Assembly (NCBI GenBank): GCA_963934365.1
Contig: CAWVYJ010000001.1
Coordinates: 377-64,376, forward strand
Reading direction: 5' to 3'
Source: an uncultured Dehalococcoidales bacterium
Lineage (GTDB): Bacteria; Chloroflexota; Dehalococcoidia; Lucifugimonadales; Lucifugimonadaceae
DNA: 64,000 bases
Each line of letters starts with the position of its first letter. The stretch's first letter is position 1. Positions 31,730 to 41,237 of the stretch are shown here, one piece after another. The notes under the pieces are model-generated. The model was not told the origin of the DNA, did not search any database, and worked only from the letters and a program-made list of their open reading frames with translations. The position numbers and the translations under genes were made by a program.

Positions 31730-31933
31730 CTATCGGACTCGGGCGCCGTGTATGATCGGTTCGTTGATGTGAATTTCGCCGTTTCGAATCTTTATGTTGT
31801 ATTCACACTCTGGGTTTGTGCATACCCAGGCCTTGTAGTGAACTGCTGCACCTTGTGCTCCGAAGTCAGACAGAGGCACCAAGTGCCCTTCATCACAATT
31901 CATACACTCTGGCCAGTTGTTGGTTTCCGACAT
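31730..31933 (-). CDS. Small zinc-ribbon protein (67 aa)
   Basis: CMNC...LVPLSDFG...YKAWVCTNPEC; RBS GGGAG. Confidence 0.75.
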   Translation of the reverse strand: MSETNNWPECMNCDEGHLVPLSDFGAQGAAVHYKAWVCTNPECEYNIKIRNGEIHINEPIIHGARVR

Positions 31934-32109
31934 TGTTGTGCTCCCAGTTCATTTGCCCACTGCTATGCATATTAGACGAATTGGCAAATGCGAAAAATAA
32001 ATATTCAGATCAATATCAATAGTCTAAACTCTAAACTCGGTCATGATGGATAGTACCGGAAGAGAGTAAAGGTTTTCACTTAATTCAGCGGTACAGTGGA
32101 CGCATTGAT

Positions 32110-33168
32110 ATGAATATTTTGGGAATAGAAACTAGTTGTGACGAAACGTCGGTTGGTATTGTCGACGGCGATGGGTATGTTCGTGCCAACGTAATTGCAA
32201 CTCAGATAGATATCCACGCTCGATACGGCGGAATTGTTCCTGAGGTTGCGTCTCGGCAGCACGTACTCGACATTCGACCTGTTTGTGAACAGGCAGTTAG
32301 AGACGCTGGGCTCGATTGGGGAGACATCGATGCAGTCGCTGCCACGCACGGTCCCGGGCTCGCTGGGTCTCTCATCGTTGGTCTAAATTTTTCTAAGGGA
32401 TTATCTGCTGCCCTAGATATTCCGCTGATTGGCGTGAACCACATGGATGGTCACGTCTACGGTGCTTGGGCTATAACCGAAGATCACGGCCTTGAACCAT
32501 TTCAGGAACTTATCGGCGAACAGCCAATAATGTGCCTAGTTGTATCGGGAGGGCACACCGAGTTGGTGTTACTTGAAGGTCACGGTAAATTTCGTTTGCT
32601 TGGCGAGACTCGTGATGATGCTGCAGGCGAAGCATTCGATAAAGCCGCACGAGTTTTGGGGCTACGATACCCGGGGGGGCCTGAGATTCAGCGTGTGGCT
32701 GAAGGTGCTCCCGAGACGGATCCGCTTCCACGTGCATGGATGCGAGGGACCGACGAATTTTCTTTTAGCGGTTTAAAGACTGCGGTTCTGACTCGGGCGC
32801 GTAAATTAGGTATCTACCCACCAAATGGCGCTAGCGGTGGAGCCGATCCTGATGTTGTGGGTGGATTGGCGAAAGCGTTTCAAGATTCTGTCATCGATGT
32901 GCTGGTTACGAAAACGATATCAGCGGCAAAACGAGAAAATTGCGCTGGGATCGTGTTGGTCGGTGGTGTCGCTGCGAATGGTCCGCTTCGCCAAACACTG
33001 AAGGAAAAATCGCCGCTGCCCGTCGCAATACCGCCGTTCAAACTTTGCACCGATAACGGAGCAATGATCGCTATGAGCGGACTGGTGAACTTCCGTAATG
33101 GCAGACGTGACGACTGGGATCTAGACATTGTCCCGAGCCTAAGAATTGGTACAAGCGCACTCGTTTAA
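32110..33168 (+). CDS. tsaD: tRNA N6-adenosine threonylcarbamoyltransferase
   Basis: LGIETSCDET, GGIVPEVASRQH, HMDGH, VSGGHT, DDAAGEAFDK and CTDNGAMIA. Confidence 0.97.
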   Translation: MNILGIETSCDETSVGIVDGDGYVRANVIATQIDIHARYGGIVPEVASRQHVLDIRPVCEQAVRDAGLDWGDIDAVAATHGPGLAGSLIVGLNFSKGLSAALDIPLIGVNHMDGHVYGAWAITEDHGLEPFQELIGEQPIMCLVVSGGHTELVLLEGHGKFRLLGETRDDAAGEAFDKAARVLGLRYPGGPEIQRVAEGAPETDPLPRAWMRGTDEFSFSGLKTAVLTRARKLGIYPPNGASGGADPDVVGGLAKAFQDSVIDVLVTKTISAAKRENCAGIVLVGGVAANGPLRQTLKEKSPLPVAIPPFKLCTDNGAMIAMSGLVNFRNGRRDDWDLDIVPSLRIGTSALV

Positions 33169-33213
33169 AATGGGCTAGAGCGTGGAGATGAGGCTTTTTA
33201 GGCGTTGCTAAAT

Positions 33214-33777
33214 TCAGCCTGCCGGATAGTTTCGGTACGGCGATTTGGTTCGACTCGGAACTAACCGTCGCTTTGAATCTTCAACGTCGCGTGTGAACTG
33301 CATTGCGAGAGTTGATTTTCCACCGACTTCACCACCAATGACGCTGCCGCCCATAATGTTAAATTCGAGATGCACTCCAGCGGGTCGAATCCAGTAGTCG
33401 CCCAGCAAAATTAGTGAAACCACCGCTACGGCGAGCGCTGCCGCTATACCGACATTAGAGCTGGGCGTTACTTGCCAGACACCAATCGCAGCAAAGAGAC
33501 CAACCGTTCCCCAAGCAGCACTTCTTCGCGCACGTGGACGTCGGGCGATTTCAACTGAGCTAATGTCTCGTAGTTGAGCCGACGCGTACATGGAGTCCGA
33601 TTCAGAGCCACCTCGAAAAATCACTCTGGCGTGTGTCAGGGTGAAATTTCCTCCGTCGTTTGACTTGAGCCGAGATACGACTCGCTCTCCCGGTAAAAGT
33701 CCATTTTTAGGACTTGAAGTCTTTGACTCGGGCTGCGCTGAACTTCGGAGACGTTCTGTGGTGGTTTCTGCTGCCAT
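33214..33777 (-). CDS. Hypothetical membrane protein (PH-like N-terminal domain, two TM helices)
   Basis: LLPGE.V...LTHARVI pattern typical of bacterial PH domains; hydrophobic hairpin. Confidence 0.6.
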   Translation of the reverse strand: MAAETTTERLRSSAQPESKTSSPKNGLLPGERVVSRLKSNDGGNFTLTHARVIFRGGSESDSMYASAQLRDISSVEIARRPRARRSAAWGTVGLFAAIGVWQVTPSSNVGIAAALAVAVVSLILLGDYWIRPAGVHLEFNIMGGSVIGGEVGGKSTLAMQFTRDVEDSKRRLVPSRTKSPYRNYPAG

Positions 33778-33893
33778 GTGTGTAATCGTAACGGGTTCAC
33801 TGAATCTTTGGATGTATCAATCTGGACATTCTTTATTAAGTGTTGTTCCGTTGCTGTATTTTGAGCTGTAGGTATTTTTCACATATGCAACTC

Positions 33894-34124
33894 TTAGCTG
33901 ACGATCAGTTCTGCCATCGCGATAACGGTCGCATTAATGTTCGCCTTGACACATGTAGGCAAGATTGATGCATCAACTACTCAGAGCCCCTCAACGCCCC
34001 TAACGCTTCCGTACTGATCAACAACCCCCATCGGATCCGAGTCGACGCCCATCTTATTCGAGCAAGAAATGTGGTGCTAGGTTGTAACTTCCGTTCGTAT
34101 CCACTCATCCAGATCACGAGCATC
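33894..34124 (-). pseudogene. C-terminal remnant of a GMC oxidoreductase
   Basis: LDEWIRTEVTT*HHISCSNKMG..SDPMGVVDQYGSVRGVEGL*VVDASILP...ANINATVIAMAE, with stops at 34077-34079 and 33981-33983. Confidence 0.85.
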
Positions 34125-34244
34125 AGTGTGGGACCGAGTGACATTCTCATATCAAGTGGTAAGTGGGACTGTACCAACGTAAAGGAGTGCCAGTTGTATA
34201 AGAAAACCGCCGCCGGCGTCAGTTTACGACAAAGCTATTGCGAG

Positions 34245-34997
34245 CTATGAGCCCAGCTTGTCACTCTTGTGAGCAGCAACGAATGCACGCGCTTCGCCGA
34301 GCATTAGTTCAGCGATCCCGATGCCGGAAGTCTGATCTCCGCCAGCCGTCTTTCCGGCAGCTCGTGCGCGTTTCTCTACATCGAGCGTTGCGGCAATTCG
34401 ATCTTGGTGGTCTGGCTCACCGGGGTGACCAAGCGATTGTGCGAAATCATGTGGTCCGCCGGTTACGCCCGTCAGACCAGGCACAGAGAGAATATCGTCG
34501 AGGTTGTCCCAGGCCTTCTTGTCTTCGATCTGTGCAACAACAAGCATGTTTGCGTTCGACCATTTTGCGAATCCGAGCTTGCCGCCATACTTTTCGTCGA
34601 GAGCGGTCTGGTCGTTGAATTCGGTTCCACGGCCACCCCCCCACGATCGCTTACCTTCGGTTGGGAAGAGGCAAGCATCGGCGAATGCCTGTGCTTCAGC
34701 ACCCGAGTTGATGTGAGGACCGGTCACGCCCTGAATTCCACGGTCGAGATACAGGTTGATCTGGTACGCAGCGCTGTCTGGCACCCGTGCGATAACCGAC
34801 ATTCCGTAACCGTTTGCGGTTCGGCAGATGTCGTCGATGGCTTCTTCAGGAAATCCACCATGCTCACCGTCGATTGTGATTGCATCGAAGCCAACGTGGG
34901 CTGCCATTTCGATCATGTATAGCGCAGGATGTGCCAATGCGAACACGGTCGCCTTCCGGCCTTCTTTATTAGCTTCCAAAATTGTATTGTTAATCAT
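34245..34997 (-). CDS. HpcH/HpaI class II pyruvate aldolase family
   Basis: IDGEHG, ARVP, LDRG, QIED and GPHDF. Confidence 0.88.
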   Translation of the reverse strand: MINNTILEANKEGRKATVFALAHPALYMIEMAAHVGFDAITIDGEHGGFPEEAIDDICRTANGYGMSVIARVPDSAAYQINLYLDRGIQGVTGPHINSGAEAQAFADACLFPTEGKRSWGGGRGTEFNDQTALDEKYGGKLGFAKWSNANMLVVAQIEDKKAWDNLDDILSVPGLTGVTGGPHDFAQSLGHPGEPDHQDRIAATLDVEKRARAAGKTAGGDQTSGIGIAELMLGEARAFVAAHKSDKLGS

Positions 34998-35153
34998 TTG
35001 CGAACCATTCCTTATTTGATGTGTTGTCCCTGATGGGGATTATTTGAGTGCGTACTTACTGGAGATAAATGTTGATCTGTTAATAGAACCACATTAGTTA
35101 ATCGAGATCCGAGCGTCGTAGATCAGAAACTGTAGCTTAGCCACTTAAGCCAC

Positions 35154-36311
35154 TCAGATGCCTCTAACGGTTCCTCCTGCCGAAGTGGTTTTCGCTAGCG
35201 GTGGATGTGCAGCAATTTCGGCTTCGTTGAGCTCGAGTCCGAGCCCCGGTGTATCGGACAGTTCGACGTAGCCGTCTTTTTGACGTGGGAAGCCATCGAG
35301 AACAGTGAAGTAGTGTTCTGTGTAGAACTCGGCGTGATATTCCTGAATCTCGAAGTTGATGATCGAAGCATCGAGGTGCATCTCAGCCATTGCACCAACC
35401 GGCGAGCAGACATTGTGTGGCGCCATTGTGATGTGTTTTGCCTCGGCGATGATCGCTATTTTCTTTAACTCAGTGATTCCACCGGCGTTGGCTATATCGG
35501 GCTGAAGTACGTCAGCTGCGTGTCGATCGACGATTTCTGCGAACGGGAATTTTGTGTAAAGCCGCTCGCCAGTTGCAATCGGAATGTTAACTTTGTTTCG
35601 AACTTCTAATAACTCGGAAACCCGTTCTTGAGAAACCGGTTCTTCGTAGAAAAGCGGTCGATATTCTTCGAGTCGTTTGCCGATTTGAATCGCGTTCATC
35701 ACATCGAATTTGGCGTGAGCTTCGACGAGAATATCGACATTTGGCCCTACCGCCTGTCTAACGGCGGCGACGCGGTCTTCAGCTAATTGCGCCTCTTTAA
35801 GAGATAGCTTGTAGTAGTTGTGCTGCCCAAAAGGATCGAACTTGAGGGCGGTGTAGCCCATGTCGACGACTATCTTCGCCTCTTCAGCGTTTTGTTCAGC
35901 CGTTCCAGGGTTTGAGTACCAGCCGTTGGCATAGACCCTGATGCTGCGGCGATGCGCGCCGCCGAGCAACTTCCAAACCGGCTGGTCGAGAATACGACCT
36001 TTCATGTCCCACAGTGCGATATCTATGCCTGAGATGGCAGTGGATGCTATTCGACCTCCTCGTGCTTGGAAGTCCTGGTACAAGTTCGTCCAGTGAACTT
36101 CGGTTTCGAGAGGGTCCTTGCCGATCAGGTGCTTCTCCACCATTTGCTCGATCATGGCCATAACGATCTCGTCGTCTTGCATGGGCGAAGCATCGCCGAT
36201 GCCGTACATTTTCGGATCGTCTGTGTTCAGTTTCACCAGCAGCCAGTTGCGCTGTGCGTTGTGGTGGTTCGCTGTGAACCTGCGGAATTCAACACCGGTA
36301 ATTGCTGGCAT
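35154..36311 (-). CDS. Mandelate racemase/enolase superfamily enzyme (galactonate dehydratase-like)
   Basis: SGIDIALWD, YANGW, KFDPF, VEAH, EEP, TGER, QPD and APHN. Confidence 0.9.
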   Translation of the reverse strand: MPAITGVEFRRFTANHHNAQRNWLLVKLNTDDPKMYGIGDASPMQDDEIVMAMIEQMVEKHLIGKDPLETEVHWTNLYQDFQARGGRIASTAISGIDIALWDMKGRILDQPVWKLLGGAHRRSIRVYANGWYSNPGTAEQNAEEAKIVVDMGYTALKFDPFGQHNYYKLSLKEAQLAEDRVAAVRQAVGPNVDILVEAHAKFDVMNAIQIGKRLEEYRPLFYEEPVSQERVSELLEVRNKVNIPIATGERLYTKFPFAEIVDRHAADVLQPDIANAGGITELKKIAIIAEAKHITMAPHNVCSPVGAMAEMHLDASIINFEIQEYHAEFYTEHYFTVLDGFPRQKDGYVELSDTPGLGLELNEAEIAAHPPLAKTTSAGGTVRGI

Positions 36312-36591
36312 ATATCTTTCTCTTATACTGGCTATTATCTGGATCTACGCTCGATTTTACGGAGCGGGCTGCTAGTGAATCGCAATTCAATGGCAACGCT
36401 CGCGGCGGGAGTATACGCCGATTTGAAGCCGATGTTGACGGTCGATTCGGTCGAACTAGGCAGCACACCCGATTCTGTTGCGGCTATGATGCGGTTCGCT
36501 TGGGCTTGCTCAATAGATGCCGTCAGCGTTTGTAATGCCCGCGGCACTATACCCACCAATCAAGAAACTATGTCAGAGAGAATATAAAATT

Positions 36592-37647
36592 TTGGCTCGA
36601 ACTTTTCGCCTTTGGGCGCTGTCGGATACGCATGTTGGAACCGAGATAAAATTTGGGCGTCGTTCGCTTGAAGAAGTGATCCAGCACGCTGAAGCTTGGC
36701 CGAACACCGACGGAGAATCTGGCGGCTTCGATATCGCAGTAAACCTCGGCGACTTCTCAGGGTCGCAGCTCCCTCCAGATGACGAAGAAGGCGAACTGGT
36801 CGTTTCGCAGTACGCATCGGCGAAGCAGCACGGTCGTGAGCATTTTTACGACGTGATCGGAAATCACGATGCTTCGGGTGCCGACGAACCGACACAGTGG
36901 TGGTTCCAAAAATGGATCGACCCGACTGGTGATAGCACAGAACACTCCGGAATCGATAATTCGGCACGACCTTACCAGACCACGGGTACATGGGAGAACT
37001 ACTCATTTGAGGTAGGTAACGTAGTATTTCTGATGATGGCTGATCGAAACGATGGTGGAGCGCCTATTGGTCGAGGCGAGTTTGGCGGGTATCCAGCAGG
37101 GGCAATTTCGGAGGAGACCTTCCAGTGGTGGACCCAGAGGGTTGCCGAAAACAAAGACAAGATCGTTATTTCAGCCCATCACCACATGATTAAAGAGACG
37201 ACGGTAGCCTCAGGGTTAAACGAGGGTTGCGACGAGGGCTATCACGGTCGAATGCCAGACGGCGGCGCACCCGGGTCTTCGTTTATTTACTGGGTGGGTG
37301 GTCAAAAAGATTCGGGTCGTATCGAGAATTTCTTAGACGAAAATCAGCCTGCAATTGATTTGTGGTTGGGCGCTCATACTCACACCCATCCCGACGATAC
37401 AACCGGTGGTCGATCGCACGTGGAACAGAAATGGGGAGCGAACTTTGTGAACGTTTCTGCGGTTACTCGCTACCACGGCCAGCGGAACTCGATTCCGATG
37501 AGCCGGTTGTTCACATTCACCGAGGGATCAGACGAAGTTCGGGTGCAGTGCTATCTACATTCCGACCAATACGCCGATGAGGGCTGGTACGAGCCATCCG
37601 AACGAACGATAAAATTACGCCACAATTTCGAAGCCCCAATTCAATGA
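36592..37647 (+). CDS. Calcineurin-like metallophosphoesterase
   Basis: SDTH, NLGD, GNHD, HH and GAHTH. Probable TTG start at 36592 (ORF open from 36517). Confidence 0.82.
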   Translation: MARTFRLWALSDTHVGTEIKFGRRSLEEVIQHAEAWPNTDGESGGFDIAVNLGDFSGSQLPPDDEEGELVVSQYASAKQHGREHFYDVIGNHDASGADEPTQWWFQKWIDPTGDSTEHSGIDNSARPYQTTGTWENYSFEVGNVVFLMMADRNDGGAPIGRGEFGGYPAGAISEETFQWWTQRVAENKDKIVISAHHHMIKETTVASGLNEGCDEGYHGRMPDGGAPGSSFIYWVGGQKDSGRIENFLDENQPAIDLWLGAHTHTHPDDTTGGRSHVEQKWGANFVNVSAVTRYHGQRNSIPMSRLFTFTEGSDEVRVQCYLHSDQYADEGWYEPSERTIKLRHNFEAPIQ

Positions 37648-38435
37648 CTAAATCAATTCAACAACTCTTCGATCTTACAGGCCGTACTGCCATAGTCACT
37701 GGCGGCGGCACGCATCTTGGAACGGCCTTTACTGAAGCCCTGTGTGATCTTGGTGCGAATGTCTACATCGCTTCTCGTCGTGCTGAGCTTTGCGAAGAAG
37801 TGGCTGAGCGACTTCGTCGACGGGGAATGGACGTCACCGCGGTTGGTTGTGACGTGACTGACGAATCGCAGGTCGATGCTTTGGTCGACCGAGTCATGAA
37901 CGAAAACGATCGACTTGATATAGCCATTTGCAACGCAGGTGGTTCGTTCACGACGAGCTATCCGCCAAATGGTGACATCGATGAATTCAGGCGAACACTT
38001 GATTTGAACCTGACTGGCACGTATATCACTGCACAGTCGGCTGGCAGAGCGATGATTCCCGCTATGCGTGGATCGATCATTACTTTGGGGTCAATCGCGT
38101 CAACTTTGGCGATGGATAGCCGTATTTACAATTCAGAGTTCAAACGCTCGGGACCACCGTATATCGCTGCCAAGGGTGGCGTGTTGGGCCTGACCCTAGC
38201 GATGGCTGCTGAGTTCGGTGAGCACGGAGTTACTGTGAATTGCATTAGCCCAGGGCAGATTCCACGCACCGGCACCAACGCCGATCAGGTCGAGACGTTC
38301 CGTAAGATGATCCCGCTCCAGCGAACGGGTCTTTCACAAGACATAAAAGGAACAGCAGCTTTACTGGCATCAGATGCCGGAGCCTGGATTACAGGTCAAG
38401 AATTCCGCGTAGATGGCGGCTGGTCGATCTGGTGA
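37644..38435 (+). CDS. SDR family oxidoreductase (gluconate 5-dehydrogenase-like)
   Basis: TGGGTHLG, NAG, YIAAKGG, VNCISPG and VDGG. ATGA overlap with the upstream gene. Confidence 0.9.
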   Translation: MTKSIQQLFDLTGRTAIVTGGGTHLGTAFTEALCDLGANVYIASRRAELCEEVAERLRRRGMDVTAVGCDVTDESQVDALVDRVMNENDRLDIAICNAGGSFTTSYPPNGDIDEFRRTLDLNLTGTYITAQSAGRAMIPAMRGSIITLGSIASTLAMDSRIYNSEFKRSGPPYIAAKGGVLGLTLAMAAEFGEHGVTVNCISPGQIPRTGTNADQVETFRKMIPLQRTGLSQDIKGTAALLASDAGAWITGQEFRVDGGWSIW

Positions 38436-38558
38436 CGCAAGGCGTCTTTTACTGTTTGACGACGATTCGGCTGGGATTGGGGAGATGTCACTAGTCTCGT
38501 TTCAAATCACTGTCATGCTGAATTTATTTCAGTATCTTTTACAAGTAGCTGCGAAACC

Positions 38559-39452
38559 CTAGATAAGCCCCCCACTCTTCATTGCAACTCGAATGATCTC
38601 GCGGTCGGCGTCTGTGACTGACGGGTTAGGTAGGCGAGGTGCGCCACCTTCGTAGCTGAGAATATCCATGGCTGCTTTTATTCCGGCAGCTCCACGATCA
38701 AGGATTTGTTGGTCGGCTTCGATAATTCGACTCTGCACTTCCTGAGCCTTAGCGAGGTCGCCGTTCATCACGCTGGAGATGATCTGGAGGCACTCCGCAG
38801 GTGCGACGTTTCCCAGCATAAGGCACGCTCCATTCGCGCCAATTGCAGTCATGGCAAGCAGCAGAAGGCCGTTTCCAAGCCAGAACGGCTTGTCGGCCGT
38901 CACGAAGTTGCGAACCCGAGCCTCAAATCGAACGTTGCCCGAAGCGATGTAGCCCCAGACGTTATCGATATCTACAAGTTCGCCGATTACTTCAGGCTCG
39001 GCGCCAACTGGGGCTGCTCCGCCGGCAAACATCCCGGGAGCCATCTGATGAATGATCACGACGGGAGCTGGAACTCGTGGCACAACCTGCTCGAAGTATC
39101 CCGTGACATTCTTCGTTAGTCGTGGGATTCGGATGCGAATCATCTCCGCTCCGGCTTCAACCAAATCTTCCGCCAAACGAATTGAGTCGGTGACAGATGA
39201 ACTATCGACTCCGCCAACAATGAACTTTTCGCCGTCTCGAGCGTTATTCACGGTGCGAACAATTTCGAGTCGTTCGGCCTCTGACAAAAACTGCTCTTCA
39301 CCGTTTTCAGAGTTCAAAACAAATCCCGATAGCGGAGTCTTGATCCACTTCTCTACATTTCTTTCGATGGCTGCGTAGTCGACCGAGTCGTCATCCTTGA
39401 ACGGCGTAGGGCTTGGAGCGACAACGATAGGATTTTGAGTAGGAATTGGCAT
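38559..39452 (-). CDS. Dihydrodipicolinate synthase / NAL-family TIM-barrel protein with non-canonical active site
   Basis: PTPF..D.SVD, GE...LS..ER, GIKAAM...G...PRLP. The catalytic Lys and Tyr positions are substituted. Start placed at ATG 39452. Confidence 0.8.
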   Translation of the reverse strand: MPIPTQNPIVVAPSPTPFKDDDSVDYAAIERNVEKWIKTPLSGFVLNSENGEEQFLSEAERLEIVRTVNNARDGEKFIVGGVDSSSVTDSIRLAEDLVEAGAEMIRIRIPRLTKNVTGYFEQVVPRVPAPVVIIHQMAPGMFAGGAAPVGAEPEVIGELVDIDNVWGYIASGNVRFEARVRNFVTADKPFWLGNGLLLLAMTAIGANGACLMLGNVAPAECLQIISSVMNGDLAKAQEVQSRIIEADQQILDRGAAGIKAAMDILSYEGGAPRLPNPSVTDADREIIRVAMKSGGLI

Positions 39453-39631
39453 TAAGCTAGATTTTTCAGAGGGTTGGTAGGAGACAGATTTCAAGTATGC
39501 CGGAAGTCGAAGTCAACTGCCGAATGATCTCTCATTGGCGAATAAGGATGACTGACCTGACGAAAGTCCGAATAGCGGTAAACTAATCTAGCTGTATTAG
39601 ATTGATTTCACGAAGACAAAGAACTCTTGGG

Positions 39632-40774
39632 TCATTGATCGATAACGCTTCCATCGGCGTGAAGTCGCGTAATTACTTCTCTCGGCTTTTCCGGACACAT
39701 TTCAACTGCATTCGGTTTCAGTTCGAGTCCGATTCCAGGGTTATCTGAAATTGCAAGATAGCCGTTGCCGTCGTGCTCTGCCATCCCCGTGACCATGTTT
39801 ATTTTCGGTTCAACATCTTCGCCGATCGGGTATTCCTGTAAGGCGAAATTGGGTGCGGTTGCAGCTATTTGCAGACAAGCGGCTGTAGATACTGGCGATA
39901 GCGGATTGTGCGGTACAACGCCCACGTGGCGCGCCTCGGCTAGAGCGGCGATCTTTCGAGCGCCAGAGATTCCGCCTACTAGGCATACGTCAGGACGAAT
40001 GTACTGTACGGCGTTTCGTGAGAGTGCCATCTCGAATTCCCAGATCGACGTGAATCTCTCGCCGGTTGCGATTGGAATGTTGATCTTGTCGGCAACGTAC
40101 GCCATCTCGTCGAAGTTGTCTGGGGTTACCGGGTCCTCGAAGAAGTAGGGGTGGAACTCTTCGATACCCAATCCAAGCTGAACCGCTTCGGTCGGGGTCA
40201 TTCGACGATGGATTTCGATACAGAGATCAACGCCAGTGCCTACGGCTGCTCGGTAGCCGCGAACTGTTTCGATGGCATCGCCAATTTTATCGGCGTGAGT
40301 TTTGAAATAAGGAACGTCGCGGTCTTCATCCAAGAAGGGTGTCAGGTGACCAACGGCAGTGAAACCTTGTTCTTTGGCATCGACGATTCCGTCGGTCAGA
40401 ACCTCGGTAGTGTCCCCGAATACGTGGTAGTAAACGCGCGCCTTGTCGCGAACCTTGCCACCCAGCAGCTGGTGAACAGGAGTGTCGAAGTGCTTGCCCA
40501 TGATGTCCCAAAGCGCAATATCGATTGCACTCAGCGCACCCATGATTGCCGCCCCACGAAAGTGAGAGAAGCGGTACATGTACTGCCAGTGATGTTCGAT
40601 ACGGAGTGGGTCTTCTCCAACTAGGTATCTACCGAATTTCTCTATAGCCGACTGTGAAGCCTCGAGGAAACCCCATGCTCCCGATTCGCCAAGACCAGTA
40701 ATTCCGGCGTCAGTTTCGACTTGTACCAGAAGGTATCGGTCGAGCATCAGCGGGGTGACTTTAGTTATTTTCAT
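39632..40774 (-). CDS. Mandelate racemase/enolase superfamily enzyme (galactonate dehydratase-like)
   Basis: MKIT, GLGE, SAIDIALWD, IEIH, EDP, TGER, RPD, PHNP and DGSV. Confidence 0.9.
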   Translation of the reverse strand: MKITKVTPLMLDRYLLVQVETDAGITGLGESGAWGFLEASQSAIEKFGRYLVGEDPLRIEHHWQYMYRFSHFRGAAIMGALSAIDIALWDIMGKHFDTPVHQLLGGKVRDKARVYYHVFGDTTEVLTDGIVDAKEQGFTAVGHLTPFLDEDRDVPYFKTHADKIGDAIETVRGYRAAVGTGVDLCIEIHRRMTPTEAVQLGLGIEEFHPYFFEDPVTPDNFDEMAYVADKINIPIATGERFTSIWEFEMALSRNAVQYIRPDVCLVGGISGARKIAALAEARHVGVVPHNPLSPVSTAACLQIAATAPNFALQEYPIGEDVEPKINMVTGMAEHDGNGYLAISDNPGIGLELKPNAVEMCPEKPREVITRLHADGSVIDQ

Positions 40775-40858
40775 GGATACGAGCTTCGTTTTCTGTAGGC
40801 GGGAATTGCTTCCTACGATCGTGAAAGAGTTGTTCGTAGGTCTGATGGGGGCGATGGT

Positions 40859-41074
40859 ATGCCCAATGCAGCGTTTTCGCCACAGGAGCTTGCTTCTGGT
40901 GTTACCAAGCTAGATGTCAATGAGATGGGAGTTCCTGACTAATCTTTCACCTCAGTGCTTGGTACCGCTCATTACGGGGATATACGACGTAAAGCGATTG
41001 AAGTGCACAGAACTCAGTATTCGCCGCTCGAACGCATGCCAGCACCTAAACTGGAAGCTGGTTTGTTGAACTAG
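40859..41074 (+). pseudogene. Possible C-terminal remnant of a PIG-L/MshB-like deacetylase
   Basis: EMGVPD*SFTSVLGTAHYGDIRRKAIEVHRTQYSPLE resembles the GxPD..IT..VD......K..A...H.SQ C-terminal motif; one in-frame TAA. Confidence 0.4.
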
Positions 41075-41237
41075 GATTTCTTTATACTGGTCGACCCGCC
41101 AGTTCCTGCGGGTCAAACAGGAATTTTCGGAATCGATTTCTTCTAAGGTGTTGAAGAATAGTCGTGTGGCGATTCACTCTCCCTGATTACACGACTGCTC
41201 TTCTCGATCCTGATTTCGCAAAGCTCCATGCATAGAC

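Noticed and set aside
27905-34124. Alternative genetic code or stop-codon read-through to explain in-frame stops in the relic genes
   Set aside because: The stops are a mix of TAA, TAG and TGA, come with frameshifts and truncations, and intact genes end at all three stop codons.
36312-36591. Short ORFs (36335..36559 and 36302..36535) between the dehydratase and the phosphoesterase
   Set aside because: No motif or RBS; more simply a divergent promoter region.
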